Assembly (NCBI GenBank): GCA_965235115.1
Contig: OZ249440.1
Span: 34,288,001 to 34,352,000 of the forward strand
Origin: Laetmonice hystrix
Lineage: Eukaryota
DNA length: 64,000 nt
Direction of reading: 5' to 3'
The translations under genes were made by a program, and so were the position numbers. The notes under the pieces are model-generated. The model worked only from the letters and a program-made list of their open reading frames with translations, had not been told where the DNA came from and searched no databases. Of the stretch, positions 1 through 13,287 are shown piece after piece. Position 1 is the stretch's first letter, and each line of letters starts with the position of its first letter.

Positions 1-63
1 GTGGTATGGCCAACCAAGGCTAGGTTATACTCCGTACTACGTAAAAGCAAACATGGGGCAACG

Positions 64-380
64 ATTTTATCACAGTTCCAGTCCTCACATTAGATTAGAT
101 GTAGTCAATAAATTCGGCAAAACGCCTTTTTGAAGTTTTGCAGTCATTACACTGTGGCCACAGGCACCATGTCTGCTATAATTGTGACGTCACAGTATCG
201 GCGCTGCAGCCAAAACGGTAGGATAGAAAAATGACCTGTTTGACCGGCAGATGGCGCGACGACTACTACTATAGGATGGCCCATCCTACCCGTTTGGTGC
301 GATGTTACCGAGTACGGCTTCATATCGCGTGGGCCTGGACCAATCAGAAAGCGGCATTATTACTGGAACTGTGATAATAT
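64..380. mobile_element. Palindromic non-autonomous element (MITE-like)
   Basis: atcacagttccagt (69-82) is the reverse complement of actggaactgtgat (362-375); there is further partial internal symmetry and no ORF. Confidence 0.45.
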
Positions 381-420
381 ATTATACTCCTGCCCATGAC
401 CGCTTAACAGCACACTAATA

Positions 421-802
421 CAGGGTTCGTACACTTCCAGTAGATCAAAATTTCATTACTTTTTCATGACTTTAAAGGACCTTTTTTCCATTACCTTATT
501 TAACTACTTTTTGATAAGTCACTGCTTCCAAGTCCAGGCAGTTAAGGTAAGGGATCATCCACGATCTTTAACACGTGCAAAAATGATACAAAAATACTCT
601 GAGAACTGAAAAACGTTCTTCAAATTAGCGATGGAAATGCAAAAGTTGAAGGACTTTTTCTTTTAAATATAGACAATCAAATTTCATGACCTTTTCATGA
701 CTTTTTGAACATTTTCGGAAATTTCATGACTTTTTAAGTACTTAAATTATATAATTCAAATATCATGACTTTTTTAGGATTTTTAAGGACGTACGAACCC
801 TG
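421..802. mobile_element. MITE with CAGGG termini and 5-bp TSD (hAT5-like)
   Basis: TIRs cagggttcgtac (421-432) and gtacgaaccctg (791-802); taata flanks both sides; internal tttcatgactttt repeats. Confidence 0.75.
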
Positions 803-1290
803 TAATACTTTGGGTGTATACAAGTTAACAACCATCTCTCTCAGTAATGGTAGTATTTACCCACTTTCTAATCTTTAAAGGTAGCTTTCACAGGCTCTGT
901 TACGTATGACATGTCACACACATTTGCTCTCTCCAAAATTTGGGCCTGATTCCAATAGAATGGAAAGAACAAGTTTAAATTGCCCACTGAAAATAAGGAA
1001 GGTCTTCATTTTCTTGTCACAGCCATTTTAATTACATGTATAAGGACTTTCCATGCTTTTCCAGATGCCATAAATATAAGGACTTTTCAACTAATTCCAT
1101 GTCCCATACAAAGCCTGAAAAATCTTTTTTAATCAATCATTATATAAATGTCCAAAGGAATCACCACAGTTTGGCGGAAACTGTGAAAATCATACTGCAA
1201 GTGCAGGCCCCTATCCAAGAAAACACAAAGCTAGAAACTTTATAATAAAAAATGTTATTTTCAAGATTGAAGTAAGCCTGGTCCCTCGTC

Positions 1291-3422
1291 TAAGGCCATC
1301 TGCAAAGATAAAAATTATATTCTTTAAAAATTGTATGTACATTCCAAGTTCATTTTTTTACATCTGCGAAGGACATGTGAACGATCCTGGCTCATTTACA
1401 AAGCTAGGACTTTATAACCTACGTTATCATTTACTTTGCCGGAATCTGATCCTATTTTAATCAAGCAGGATGTAAGTACGGTAAGATTATTTTGTTTGAT
1501 ATACATGCTGTGTCAAAAAAGAGAGAAATCTTTAAAACATAATTTTACCAAGTACCCTGGCCCATTTTGTCAGTAAGATGCCTTACCTATAGTAAATCCT
1601 AGAACCTTTAAGTTCCATTTCTGGTGGGCATACCTCCTCCATCTCCTCCACCTTCTGCTGGCCCATGGCGAATTTAGTTTCCTCTAGGGTGTACCTCTGC
1701 CTCGCACCCTTGTAATACTGCACCCAATATTCGCTATCCTCCATCGCCACCTGGAATAAAAGAATTATATGAAACACTTTAGTGACAATGTGAATTACAT
1801 CCTTATATGCAGGAATTTTCAACAATGTAGCTACATTCAGTGATGCTCTTGTCCTTAGCTTCCATCTTTCAACATGGTTTAACTTTTTCTTCTGTTTAAT
1901 TTGTCCTTTCAACATAATGATTCTGTCACAATTAGATACACCCATCAATCAATTTTCTACCATTCCACATATATACAGAAAAAAAATGATCAGAAAGAAA
2001 AGGATTAGAACTCACTTTCACTCCTATTTGAGACTTCAATGAGAAACGGATCAAATAGCAAGATGATCCTGTTTTTTATACATCGGGGTGCATTTCACAA
2101 TGTGTCGTTAAGTTTGTCGTATCGTTAACCCAATGCATTTTGAATGGAGATTTTAACGCACGACAAGCTAACGATTGTTGTGAAACGCACCCCTGAACTT
2201 TCAATGAGAAACCACCTGTGATTAAACAATTTTATTTTTTCCCAGGGCAAGTTTATAATTTGAAAGTAACCCTATTATCATATTTCTTTGGCCTAAAATA
2301 TTATACATGTTAAACATTAAAATAAAAACTTAAGCTATTGGCCTAAATTAATGCCTCAGCCATGTCTAAGATATTGAAGGTCAATTTAACTGGTGGCTTA
2401 ACTGAAACCCAAATACAAACACCTTAGGAAACCACTGACCTGTTGCAGCAACGAGACAATGTTTAGACAAAAGTCTGGAGTTTTTTGATTATTTGATTAA
2501 CTATTTGATAAACATCATAACGAAATGTAAGACTTTAAACTTGAAATTAAAAACTCTTTTAAAATTGTAGGTAGTTTATTCAACAAGCCAATTCCATAAT
2601 AATATCTGTTTCCTTTACATTATTATTCACTTGCCCCACATTATAGAGAACGTAAATTTGGTAAAGATACCAAATTTACACTGCGGTTGCTAATTCTGCA
2701 TTATCTAGTACAAATTTATTATGATACAAACAGATATTATTAGGCATTCTACAGGAAAATATCCAATAACTCACGATGACAAAGGGACCAAAATCCTGGT
2801 GTCTCCTATGCTCTCCAACTGAACACCTTTGTTTCCAAGGTAAATATTACACTGTTAGAATTTTTTTTAATGCGACAATCATGAGAAAATATATTGTGTC
2901 TCTCCTTTATGTCAAATACTGCTTACAGGTGATACCAGTCTGAGAAAACGGGCAGAAGTTTATGAAATTTAATTACCTGAACCGCTTTGGCTCGTCTTCA
3001 TGACACTGCTCTGGGGCTGCATCAGACTCTTGTACTGCGTCTGTTTCTGGGGAGTCAAGTATAACTTCATCTGGCTTTTCAGTGTGCATCTCAGGTGGGG
3101 ACTTTCCACCAACGTTCCCTGGAGGTTTAACTATCTCACTGACTGCGTCTGTCTCTGGGTAGTCAAGTATGACTTCATCTGGCTTATCAGTGTACATGTC
3201 AAGTGGGCACTGTCTCTCTGGAGGTTTGCTTATCTCACTGGCTGCGTCTGTCTCTGGGTAGTCAAGTATGGCTTCATCTGGCTTATCAGTGTACATCTCA
3301 AGGTTGTGGGACTTTAGGCTGGTTTTCCAGCTCCTTCTCCAGCTCGACCAACTCCTGCAGTAGTCTCTCCTTTTCATTGTACTCATAGTACCCGAACTGG
3401 AAGGGAATGCATGTGTCTGGAC
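1291..3422 (-). pseudogene. Spliced gene fragment of unknown function, probably a pseudogene or transposon accessory gene
   Basis: Canonical ag/gt-bounded exons at 3422-2977 (GPDTCIPFQFGYYEY..., frameshift near 3300, then three MYTDKPDExILDxPETDA repeats) and 1750-1587 (VAMEDSEYWVQYY...RIYYR), plus a probable last exon near 1300 (WP*). Intervening exons are uncertain. Confidence 0.4.
2085..2195. mobile_element. Short palindromic MITE
   Basis: ggggtgcatttcacaa...ttgtgaaacgcacccc inverted ends, about 110 bp. Confidence 0.55.
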
Positions 3423-3534
3423 CTGAAAAAGTACACGAAAAAGAAAATGTTAAAGTTGTTTTGCAAATATGAAAAATATGGAAATTATATTTTTTTGTCC
3501 AAAATTTCAAGTCCCCAAAAGTCAAGTTCCTAAT

Positions 3535-3760
3535 GTACATGCAAAACGTCAACCTTTTGGGGACGTCTCCGAATAGTTCCGTATAATATATATGTACCTG
3601 CAAAACCTCAACCTTTCGGGGACGTCCCCAAATAGTTCCGTATCATATATATATGTACATGCAAAACGTCAACCTTTCGGGGACGTCCCCGAATAGTTCC
3701 GTATCATATTTACATGCAAAACGTCAACCTTTCGGGGACGTCCCCGAATAGTTCTATATA
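3535..3760. repeat. Minisatellite, about 56-60 bp unit x4
   Basis: gcaaaacgtcaacctttcggggacgtccccgaatagttcc recurs at about 3541, 3600, 3661 and 3715; each unit contains the palindrome ttcggggacgtccccgaa. Confidence 0.85.
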
Positions 3761-5899
3761 TATGCCCCTAAATTGATAGTTGTGCAATAGTTGATATAGT
3801 GGATTATGAACGAGTATTATAGATATAATAACTTTAATAATAACAATTCATAAATGATATATTATCATCGTCTAAGGTAGGTCTCCGAATGGTTGTATAT
3901 TCATTAGGCACATGAGACATACATGGTTCAGCTATAGGCCTAATGTATGTCCCTTAATGGTCGATTTCTTTGAAGTGTGAGTTAAAAGTTAAAAAAAATA
4001 ATAATATGAGGATACCTTTTTTGACATATACCTTGTTCACGTTTTGTATTTCATTACCGTTTAACACTCATAGACAAGACAGGAAGAATTTGGTTAACAA
4101 TAAAAAGAAGACACGCAGTGTGAGAGTTAGAGAGAGTTGACATGACGCAGTGGTGATGAAAAGTTTTTTTTCTACATCTGACAAAGTGTCAGATGTAAAA
4201 GAGCGTTACATCTGACATTTTTGTTTCACATCAGACATTTTTGTCAGATGTAAAATGGCTTTAACACCTGACATTTTTTTATTTCACAGACAATAAACAA
4301 ATATATTGTTGTTTTGTAATACAAGTATAGCCTTATTAGACTTTCATTTTTAAAACGTTCCTCTTTTGTGGTTTGTTCTCTGCGTATGATATCCAATTTC
4401 AGATCCGTACTAAGTACTGGAGTTAAAAATACAAAAAGTAACCAGACATGTTTACAGACGGTTGGCCTGTGTATCAGTCAAATTACGCATTACGATATAT
4501 CAATCAGTCACATTTTTCTGATATACGATCCATATTTCTTCAGGAAAGTAGACCTGTTGAAATAATCAAAGTAATAGTGACAGATGTATTGATGGAAAAA
4601 CATTGAAATATACTCTGGAACACATTTGCAATTTATGGAACCTCAGGACACGAAGTTAGCCAAAATCTGAACAGGCCGTCAAAAAGGTTTTAGCAGGCCC
4701 TTAGACACTTTTAGCAGGCCCTTACAACTTTGATCAGGCCCTTAATTTATTTTTCTATTTATTGCCCAATTTTTCAACTTTGAAAATAATTCCTATAGGG
4801 TTTGTGCTTGATGAGGGAGTTACGGGCCCTTAGCCAGCCCATAATGTTAGGTGGGGCACATTTTCAAATTCTGGACTTTTTCAACCAAGAATAAATATAT
4901 CAAACTATGAATTCAGTAAGTTGCCCTTTGTCATTCCAAACTATGATACTCCTCATGGAGTATTACTCTTCTTTCTTAGCATTTTAACAACACGCATACA
5001 TCAAGCAGCTCCTTCCCATCCCAGTGTCATACAAAGACAATGCCAATGGGTGTGACTGCTATCCACGCCAATCTGCTGGCTCAATAAACCAAGGGCAGCT
5101 GGTCAACCTATAATCAGAGTATTGTTTTATTCCGCTCTCCTCCAATAGAAGATTCAAGAAAATATATATAGTAGACAGTTATTATACAAGGCCCAGCTAG
5201 TTCAAGTAGCTCTCTTCTGAGCACAAGGACCCTCCAAACCAACCCTGACTGGGAGGAATGGAGGAGTCACCACCACCTGCCTTTATCAGCTACCCTTACA
5301 TAACACCCGGCCAGGGCCAGGCGGCAGCCTGACAGACCACCGACTGTGAGGCTGCTACCTTCTCATGGACCTTGAGTACTGGTTACTGGTCAACATCATG
5401 ACCATCTGATAACACCGGACAATCTGTCAGATGTTATTATGCCTCACATCGGACATCAGTAAAAATTGCCGGCAATGTCCGGCAGTCCGGCACTTTTCAT
5501 CACCACTGATGAGTGCCGGTGTAGCAAGTGTAACATACCCCCCATCTGGTATAATGAACCTCAGTCCAACCGCGGGTATATTCAGCCTAGGTTCAATAGA
5601 CCCCCGGGAGTATTCAGAATTTATTTTCAATATCCCCCCTAGTATCAAAGTCCCCCCAGGGCTATTCTGAAACTAGGCTGAATATACCCCCGGTATGTTG
5701 GACCTAGTCCCAATGATTCAATATCATGATTCATACCCCTGGTCATTTGAACCACAGGTCCAAATGACCAGGGGGGGGGGGGGTCATTTAGGACGTATAC
5801 ACCGGTGTGACAGTGCTGAGTGTCCGAAGTGTACACTGTCCGGGGGCACAATATGACCGCGTATTTTACAAAAAGACCGGCATGATTTGACCCTCGGCA

Positions 5900-6560
5900 A
5901 GAGGAGGCAGGGGCACGGGAGGTTTAGAGAGTCAGGCGGAGGGAGGGGGCGGTTTAGAGATTGAGTCGGGAGGAGGGGAGGTGTATAGAAAGCGAGGTGG
6001 GGGAGGAAGCGGCGTAGAGAGTGAGTCGGGGGAAGGGGCAGTGTAGAACTTACGGTGGGGGCCGGTGTGGATGGGAAGGTAGGTGAGCTTGAGGTTTAGA
6101 GTGAGGCGGGGGAGGGGGTGGTATAGAGAGTGAGGCGGGGAGGCGGCAGTGTAGGGAGTGAAGCGGATCGCTGAACATCGCTGTCACTTTGTATAAACGT
6201 TCAGCGATGGTCTATAAACCGGCCTTTGCAGAGGGAACAGGCGGTGTAGAGAGTGAAGCAGGGGAGGGGGCGGTGTACAGAGTGAGGCTGGGGGAGGAGG
6301 CGGCGTAGAGAGTAAGGCAGGGAGGGGCGGTGTAGAACGTACGGCGGGGGGCGGTTTGGATAGACAAGCAGGGGAGCGGGAGGTCTATATAGAGTGAGGC
6401 GGAAGGAGGGGCGGTGTCGAGAGTGAGGCGGGGAGAAGGGGCAGCATAGAAAGTGAAGTGGAGGGATGGGGCAGTGTTGGGGGGAGGGGCGTTGAAGGGA
6501 GTGGGCTGCGGGGGAGAGGCAGTGTAGAGTCGGTGTAGAACGTATGGCGGGGGCCAGTGG
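5900..6560. repeat. Degenerate G/A-rich tandem repeat (about 27-30 bp)
   Basis: Many variants of ggcggggaggggcggtgtagagagtga. Confidence 0.75.
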
Positions 6561-7984
6561 GTCCCGCAACGTGTTGGCCGTATGGCATTGTGAGTTGGGA
6601 TTCGAGGTGTGCAGACAGCTGGTGTGAACGTTATTCGATCAATACACTCTGCTCAGAAATGTTACCGTCTTCGAGTCGAGTATTTCGGTTTGTTGTCTTC
6701 TTAGCCTTTGCGACTTCGGCTGTTTCATGTAATTAGGTCATCTTGGGGTGGAATAGAACAGTGATGCAAACTTTTAAGAATTACGCGTTGAAGCTGAGCA
6801 TAGCCATGTCGCCTGCGTTTGGGAAGGTGCCATAAACATCACAGGAGTTGTCAGTGTACTCCTCTTCTTCGTCCTCCTGCCCTCCCCATGTGTCCGTCCC
6901 GTGGGTCAACTTGCCCATTAAGGACCACTCTAGTGACTACCAATCTTATTCAAGTCCAATCAAATATATTGGTTATTTCAACCAATATTCCGTTAACCAA
7001 TTGGGAGAATTTTCAACCAATCTGTTTTTGCAGTGTAGTCTACCGCACGTTGACGTCAGTTTCACGTGGTATCGGCGAGTCTCGCAGGCTGCCGATACAT
7101 CCCCAAGAGGCAAAATGTCAGTTATCATGAACTTTTGAAAAACGTCAATAAAATCCTTATTTGGAATTTTTAATCACATGTAGTAGGACGAATGGTACAT
7201 GAAGGCCCCCTACTGCCTGATTGCGTGTGCCCGGACGCTGCCTTTAAGCAGAGAAAAAGAAGGGGGAAAAACAGACAAGACTTCATTCTCCATTTCAATA
7301 TCATGCGCCAGGAGGTCTTTATTTTTAAAAGTAAGCTCTGGAATACCTGGACAAAGGGTGTTTACCACTTGATATTAGCTAATTCAGCTTTGCTGCCCAC
7401 AACATTCTGACCCGCCACATTCCACACAACACTCCCACCTGCCACATTCCTCACTGCGCGCACATAACACTCCCACCTGCTACATTCCCCACAACGTTGA
7501 CACCCACAACGTTGACACCCACACCAGTTATAGCTCTTAGCTTAGTAAGAAACTATTGCAGATCTTCTTATTTCATAGGGCGTATATTAGGCTTTTACGT
7601 TCAAACGTACTTAGAAGTTAGTGTTTTGCAATGACCCCAAACAGCACCTTTTTATCGTTTATATGTATAAGCCTACTTCTATTCATTGCATTAGCAGGCC
7701 ACTACACTGAGCCCCATCTTTTTCTACTTCTCAAGCAGTCACCAAGAGGTGATCAAAATTACACCAATACATCTAAAATTGCATCAGAACAAAAACTTTA
7801 TCCTTAACTTACATCATTAGTCTGACATGCCTGGCCTTTGGTAACCAAGTTGGTCAACACAATACTGTACTACGAGATATGTATAATCCTTGATAGCGGG
7901 GCAGACGGCTATTTTCAACAGTTATTCAGTCCTGGGAGTGAGTGGGAGGGGGGGGGGGGGGGCATGAGGCGAGTCACTTGGATA

Positions 7985-8283
7985 TGTACCATAATTTGAA
8001 AGGTTCCAAACCGTTACACATCAATGTACGTAGTATCTTGCCTAAACTTGATCAGAGCAGAGCAAATGTTTCTTATAGTACCGACACATGTGATATCCAT
8101 CAAACAGACTTGGGTGACACCTTCCATTCAAGATATGATTTAACACTATATAGGAATATACATTGCATTGTGCAGGTTAGACATTATACTGGTAATGGAT
8201 GTAAAAACCCAGGTGGCCTATGCATTCATGTCAAAAGTGATGTCGAGGCCGACAACCTCGTGTATAGCCATTGCAATATTTAA
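7985..8283 (+). pseudogene. Degenerate APE endonuclease fragment of a CR1/L2-type LINE
   Basis: LHINVRSILPKLDQ (APE motif I) and GGLCIHVK (GGGVxxYV-like motif). Confidence 0.5.
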
Positions 8284-8871
8284 GTAGGTCATCTAAGTGA
8301 TATTTAAGTAGGCCTTACATATGCCTGTAAATAGCTTTTGCTTGTAACATATTATCTCACTGAATTGGATGGATGTAACAGACAGGAAGGAGTCTGGCCA
8401 GTCGTGCCATTCTCTGATCCTGTTAAAAAAAAACAAAAAAAACGTGCTGGCAGACAGTTATTAAACTTGTAATTAAACACAACACTTGTCAAAGCAGGCA
8501 ACACCTCAAGCTTCTGACACCATGTCAGAAAGTTTATAAGAGAAATATTTACTGGGTACCTTTATTAAGGCCAACTTTATTATGGTGTATTTTGCAGCTT
8601 CTTCCAGTTTTTGCGTGCTCGCATTTTTTTTTTTTTTTTTTAATAATATTTTTTATTTTCCAAGACAAGACACCCCTACAGATACACATATATGCTCACA
8701 AAACACACCTCCCAACCCATAGCCCGTTAAACAAAACAAAACACAATAACATACATAATGTACACACAACACAATAATGTACACACAACACAACGTACCA
8801 TACCACAGCATACCAATAATAATACCTCCCAGGTACAAGCTGCCCAGCCGGTGGGAACGATTTCTTCAATT

Positions 8872-9792
8872 TCATTTGCTTTCTAACTCACTTACGAAGT
8901 CTCCCCATCTTTTTATGAACCTCTCTATTCTGTTTATGTTCTTAGCAATTTCCTTTTCTGTCTTTAGTTCTTCTTTTAACATTCCTTGAAAGCCTTTTAG
9001 ATCTGGAATATTTTCCCTCAGTTTGCAACCATAAATATAATATTTGCCTAAAATTATAACACTGTTCCAGATTGCCACATGTTCTTCTTCTGATAATATA
9101 CCAAACAAGATCTTCACTTCAGATAGTATGGCCCTGTGATTTACAAGGTTAGACATCCAAACTTCGACTTAATTGTTTCCAAAATATTTCTACTTTTTTA
9201 CACCTAAAAAGCAGATGGTACAAGGTTTCCTTTTCGGCATTACAAAACGTGCATTGGTCTGTATCCTTGACACCCATTTTATGTAGAAGAGGGTTTAAGC
9301 TAACTATATTATGTAGGACTTTATATTGAAATTCCTGAACTTTCTTATTTTTCCATAGGTTCCCATATATTGTGTAAATTTTGTTCCAAGTTGCTTTGTA
9401 AAAGTGGAATTCGGTATTGTGTCTTTTCATCCCGGGTGATTCGAGACATAGTTTATCTTGTAGGAGAATTTGGTATATTTCTTTTGAGGAGACTGTTTCT
9501 AACAGATATAGCGAGTCAGCCATGCCCTCATCCTTCTTAATCAGACTCAGCTTAATTGGTTCATTTTCTACGAGCAATTCTTTTTTCTTACCTGTAACGG
9601 CACTAACTAAACCCCTCCATAACATGAAATATTTACGGTTTAGACCTCTTTTAACCCAGACTTCATGAGGAATCGGCTTACTTCGATTGAAAACAGTACG
9701 GCCATTGATTTTAATATCTTTGTTATTCCAAACAAGAAAGTTATTTATATAACCCAGTTTTGACCACGTTTTCATAACTTCTTGATGATATA
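8872..9792 (-). pseudogene. L1/Tx1 ORF2 C-terminus with zf-RVT zinc finger (frameshifted)
   Basis: FQYKVLHNIVSLNPLLHKMG...CTFCNAEKETLYHLLFRC...FW and ILGKYYIYGCK, typical of L1/Tx1 ORF2 C-termini. Confidence 0.85.
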
Positions 9793-10328
9793 CAGGGTCC
9801 GCCAAATCGAGGGACCGAGCGCCCGGGACAACCAGAATTTCGGTCCGGGCAACTAGATTGAATAGATTGGTCGCCCGTCGGGCGACTACATCAGTACATG
9901 TCACATGACTGACATGATCATGTGTGCCTGGCCCTGGGGCTGGGCTGAAGCCTACATGTTGCCGGCAGCCAGCATCTGAGCATAAGAGTAATGTTGGTGC
10001 TGACAGTGCAGAGTCGGCCGAGCAAATAACGTAACTTGCAGTTGATGAGCCGAAGTTTGAGGATTTTGAGCCAGACACTGCAATAGACCAATGGCTGGCA
10101 GATAACCAGCCAGGCTATCGCCATCTTGATGCCAATGATGACCATAAAGTAGGAGTGTGAAAACGCTTTTCAAGTTTTTGAGGCAAATTATTTTTTTATG
10201 AATTAAAGCTTTTCTTCATATTTTAACCAAAAAATTCCGGGCAACCAGTTCTATTTGTCGGGCAACCACTTTTGAATTTGTGGTTGCCCACTGGGCAACC
10301 ACATTTCTGGGGGATTTGGCGGACCCTG
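9793..10328. mobile_element. MITE with CAGGG termini and 5-bp TSD inserted in L1 ORF2
   Basis: TIRs cagggtccgccaaatc and gatttggcggaccctg; atata on both flanks; internal gggcaacca repeats. Confidence 0.85.
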
Positions 10329-11608
10329 ATATACTGCTAACTGCCCCAACCTGTCCTTTTCTAGGTTGCTATGCATTGCAATACTTATGCCTCCCATCTT
10401 GGAGAAAAGTTCATTAAACAGTATTTTCCAATTGTGTTCTACCCCATAAAAAAAAACGTTTTAAACATTTTATTCTGGAAACCTTTATACGCGTTTCTAA
10501 ATCTAGCATCTTTTGTCCTCCACAATCATATTCACAAATCAAAACCTCTTTTTTAATTTTTCCTCTTTTCTTTCCTTTCCAAATGAAATTCCAGATAATG
10601 TTGTTAATCTCAGTAACCGTTTCCTTTGGCATGGGTAAAACTGAAATTGCATAATCAAATTTGGATAACCCTAACTAACATTTTGCTTATCAATATTCTC
10701 CCATTTAGAGTTAGATCCCTCATTTGCCATATGTTCAGTGTTGTTCTGAGCGCCTCTACTTTTGCTTCATAGTTTGCTTTATATATTTCTTGTTTATCAT
10801 GCCCAACATGTATTCCTAAAATCTTTAAAATTTCTTTATTCCATTTTACATCTAATGGTGGTTTATCTCCTCTGTTTTTCCTAGATCCGAGCCACATGTT
10901 GTGTTCGCGTAGTCCACTATTGTCATCTGCGTAAAGTACTACTTTCATTTCTGTATTACCTACTTTAATCCCTACTATTTCCTTTTCCTCTCTAACACTA
11001 TGAGCCAAAATTTCTATAGCTAAAATAAAGATATAAGGGGACAGAGGGTCCCCCTGACGTACCCCTCGTTCTATATTAAAGTAACCAGAGGTGTGGCCAT
11101 TGTTTATCATACATGCTGAGATATCATTGTAGAAAATTTTGGTCCATTGTATCACAGAGGGTCCAAAATTAAAATTTTCCATAGTTCTTAACATAAATTT
11201 CCAATTTAATGAATCGAAAGCCTTTTCAAAATCTGTACATAATATTAACCCAGGAATATCTTCCCTTTCCATATAGTCCATAAGGTCTTAGACTTGCCTT
11301 ACGCTGTCGCCAATGCATCTTCCTTGAACATAGCCTGTCTGGTTATGGTGTATAATATACGGGAGTACCTTTTTAATTCTATATGCTATTATTTTAGTCA
11401 TAAGTTTATAATCTGTGTTTAAAAGCGATATCGGGCGCCAGTTCTTAAGTAATAGCCTATCTTTTCCTTTATCTATTAGTGTTATCACCGCTTGCCTTTG
11501 AGAAATCGTTAGAATTCCCTTATTATAACATTTATTGTAACATGGTATTAGTATATCTTTAATTTCATTCCAAAAGTACTTATAGAATTCAGTTGTGAGC
11601 CCATCATT
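10329..11608 (-). pseudogene. L1/Tx1 ORF2 reverse transcriptase domain (disrupted)
   Basis: DGLTTEFYK, NWRPISLLNTDYK, DFEKAFDS, RGVRQGDPLSPYIF and LYADD motifs, with stops, frameshifts and deletions. Confidence 0.9.
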
Positions 11609-13287
11609 TTTTTTTTTTTGTTGAACATATTTATTCAGTAAATACAACTCGGCTGACAGCCGCGGTTAAAGTTGTACACTGACACAGGACAAATAACACA
11701 CATATACACATACATATACAAAATTACAAGAAGGTGGACATACTTTACAAGAAGGGTACACACATTATGAAACAAGAATTATGAAACAACATTGCCTAAT
11801 TCACATCCTATCTGTCCGTTAGATATATATACAGATATATGCAAGTACATCAAGGTTAGAAATGGAGCCTAGACATGATAGCTAATATCAGTGAAAACTG
11901 ACCAAAGATGTGATTTTAAGGAAGATTTAAATCTTATAACATCCTTAATTGCCCGGAGTTGAACGTTTAATTTGTTCCATTCTCTTGGACCATGATATGA
12001 AGGGCTAACTTTGAATTTATTACTTGTAGGTAACACTGTGTTCATAACAGGCGCAGTTCTGTTTCTAGTGTTAATTTCCCGGTTATCGAGATTGGTACCT
12101 CTATAGACTAATTTGTGCATAAGATTTAACAAAAACATTTCCTCCCGAAGACGTAGGGGTAACAAGTGTGCCCTGACATGCATTTCTTTAACATTTGACA
12201 TATTCCCTAATTTAAACACAATTCTAAGTCCTCTGTTTTGTAATCTCTGTAATACACCCCTTTCTTTATCTGTACACATCGAGAAGAATACATTTCCATA
12301 ATCAAAATATGGTAGACACATTGATTTATATACTGAGAGAGCGCATGGAGCCGTAATTGATTTCCTTACTTTGCCTAGGAGGTACAACTTATGGTTAACA
12401 TTTTTAATGCTTTTGTTTATGTGGTTTTTAAAACGAAGCCGAGGGTCAATAGTAATACCAAGGTATTCGTATCCATCAGTATATTCTAATTTCATATCAT
12501 TTATAAACAAGTCCCTACGGTGAGCATTATTTGTACTAAATGACCGATCGAAAAACATCACCTGGGTTTTCTTTACATTAATAGACAGGTTATTGTAATT
12601 ACACCAGTTAGATAGAATATCTAGGTCCTCCTGTACAACATTGAACAAACGATTTATGTCACTACTAGAGTTGCACATGGCACTATCATCGGCAAATAAA
12701 TTAACTCTTGAGGACATTTTCAATTGAGCTACGTCATTGACGTATATGGGGAACAATAATGGGCCAAGAATTGATCCCTGTGGAACACCACACACAACGT
12801 CACATTGGTCAGACTTGCAGTCTTTTAAAATAACCGTTTGTTTTCTCTTGAGGAGATAACTTTCTATCCAGTTCTTTGCCATGCCTCTGACACTGATATT
12901 TTCAAGTTTCCTTAGTAAAATACAATGATTGACCGTATCAAAAGCTTTGGCCAGGTCGAGGAAAACAGCTACTGTGTATTGCTTACTGTTTTTGGCCAGA
13001 CATACGTCATTTACCAAGGAGAAGACAGATTGAATCGTTGAAAAACCTTTACGAAAACCAAATTGATTTTCAAAGAGCAAGTTGTTTTGTTCCAAGAAAC
13101 TATTAAGCTGCTTGTGTATATGTCTCTCGAGTAATTTTCCTGGAATAGGTGTCTGTGAAATTGGTCTTAAATTATTGACATCCAGGGGATCACCTTTTTT
13201 TTGGAATAGGAGTTACTTTAGCAATTTTCCAGCATGTAGGAAATATTCCTTTTTTTATGGATAGGTTAAATATAAACGTGAGTTCTT
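11609..13287 (-). mobile_element. 5'-truncated CR1/L2-type LINE nested in the L1 ORF2
   Basis: Poly(A) at 11609-11619 with AATAAA; 5-bp TSD tcatt (11604-11608 and 13288-13292); it splits the host KSPGN|DG motif. Confidence 0.9.
11869..13095 (-). CDS. CR1/L2-type reverse transcriptase (partial ORF2, 408 aa open)
   Basis: QFGFRKGFST, FLDLAKAFDTVNH, GVPQGSILGPLLF, LFADD and YLGITID motifs. Confidence 0.9.
   Translation of the reverse strand: MEQNNLLFENQFGFRKGFSTIQSVFSLVNDVCLAKNSKQYTVAVFLDLAKAFDTVNHCILLRKLENISVRGMAKNWIESYLLKRKQTVILKDCKSDQCDVVCGVPQGSILGPLLFPIYVNDVAQLKMSSRVNLFADDSAMCNSSSDINRLFNVVQEDLDILSNWCNYNNLSINVKKTQVMFFDRSFSTNNAHRRDLFINDMKLEYTDGYEYLGITIDPRLRFKNHINKSIKNVNHKLYLLGKVRKSITAPCALSVYKSMCLPYFDYGNVFFSMCTDKERGVLQRLQNRGLRIVFKLGNMSNVKEMHVRAHLLPLRLREEMFLLNLMHKLVYRGTNLDNREINTRNRTAPVMNTVLPTSNKFKVSPSYHGPREWNKLNVQLRAIKDVIRFKSSLKSHLWSVFTDISYHV

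Noticed and set aside
6201..6588. Proline-rich ORFs
   Set aside because: They are translations of the C-rich strand of a low-complexity repeat.
9149..10078. 309-aa ORF as a novel fusion protein
   Set aside because: Its N-terminal third is read-through from the inserted MITE (9793-10328) into L1 ORF2.
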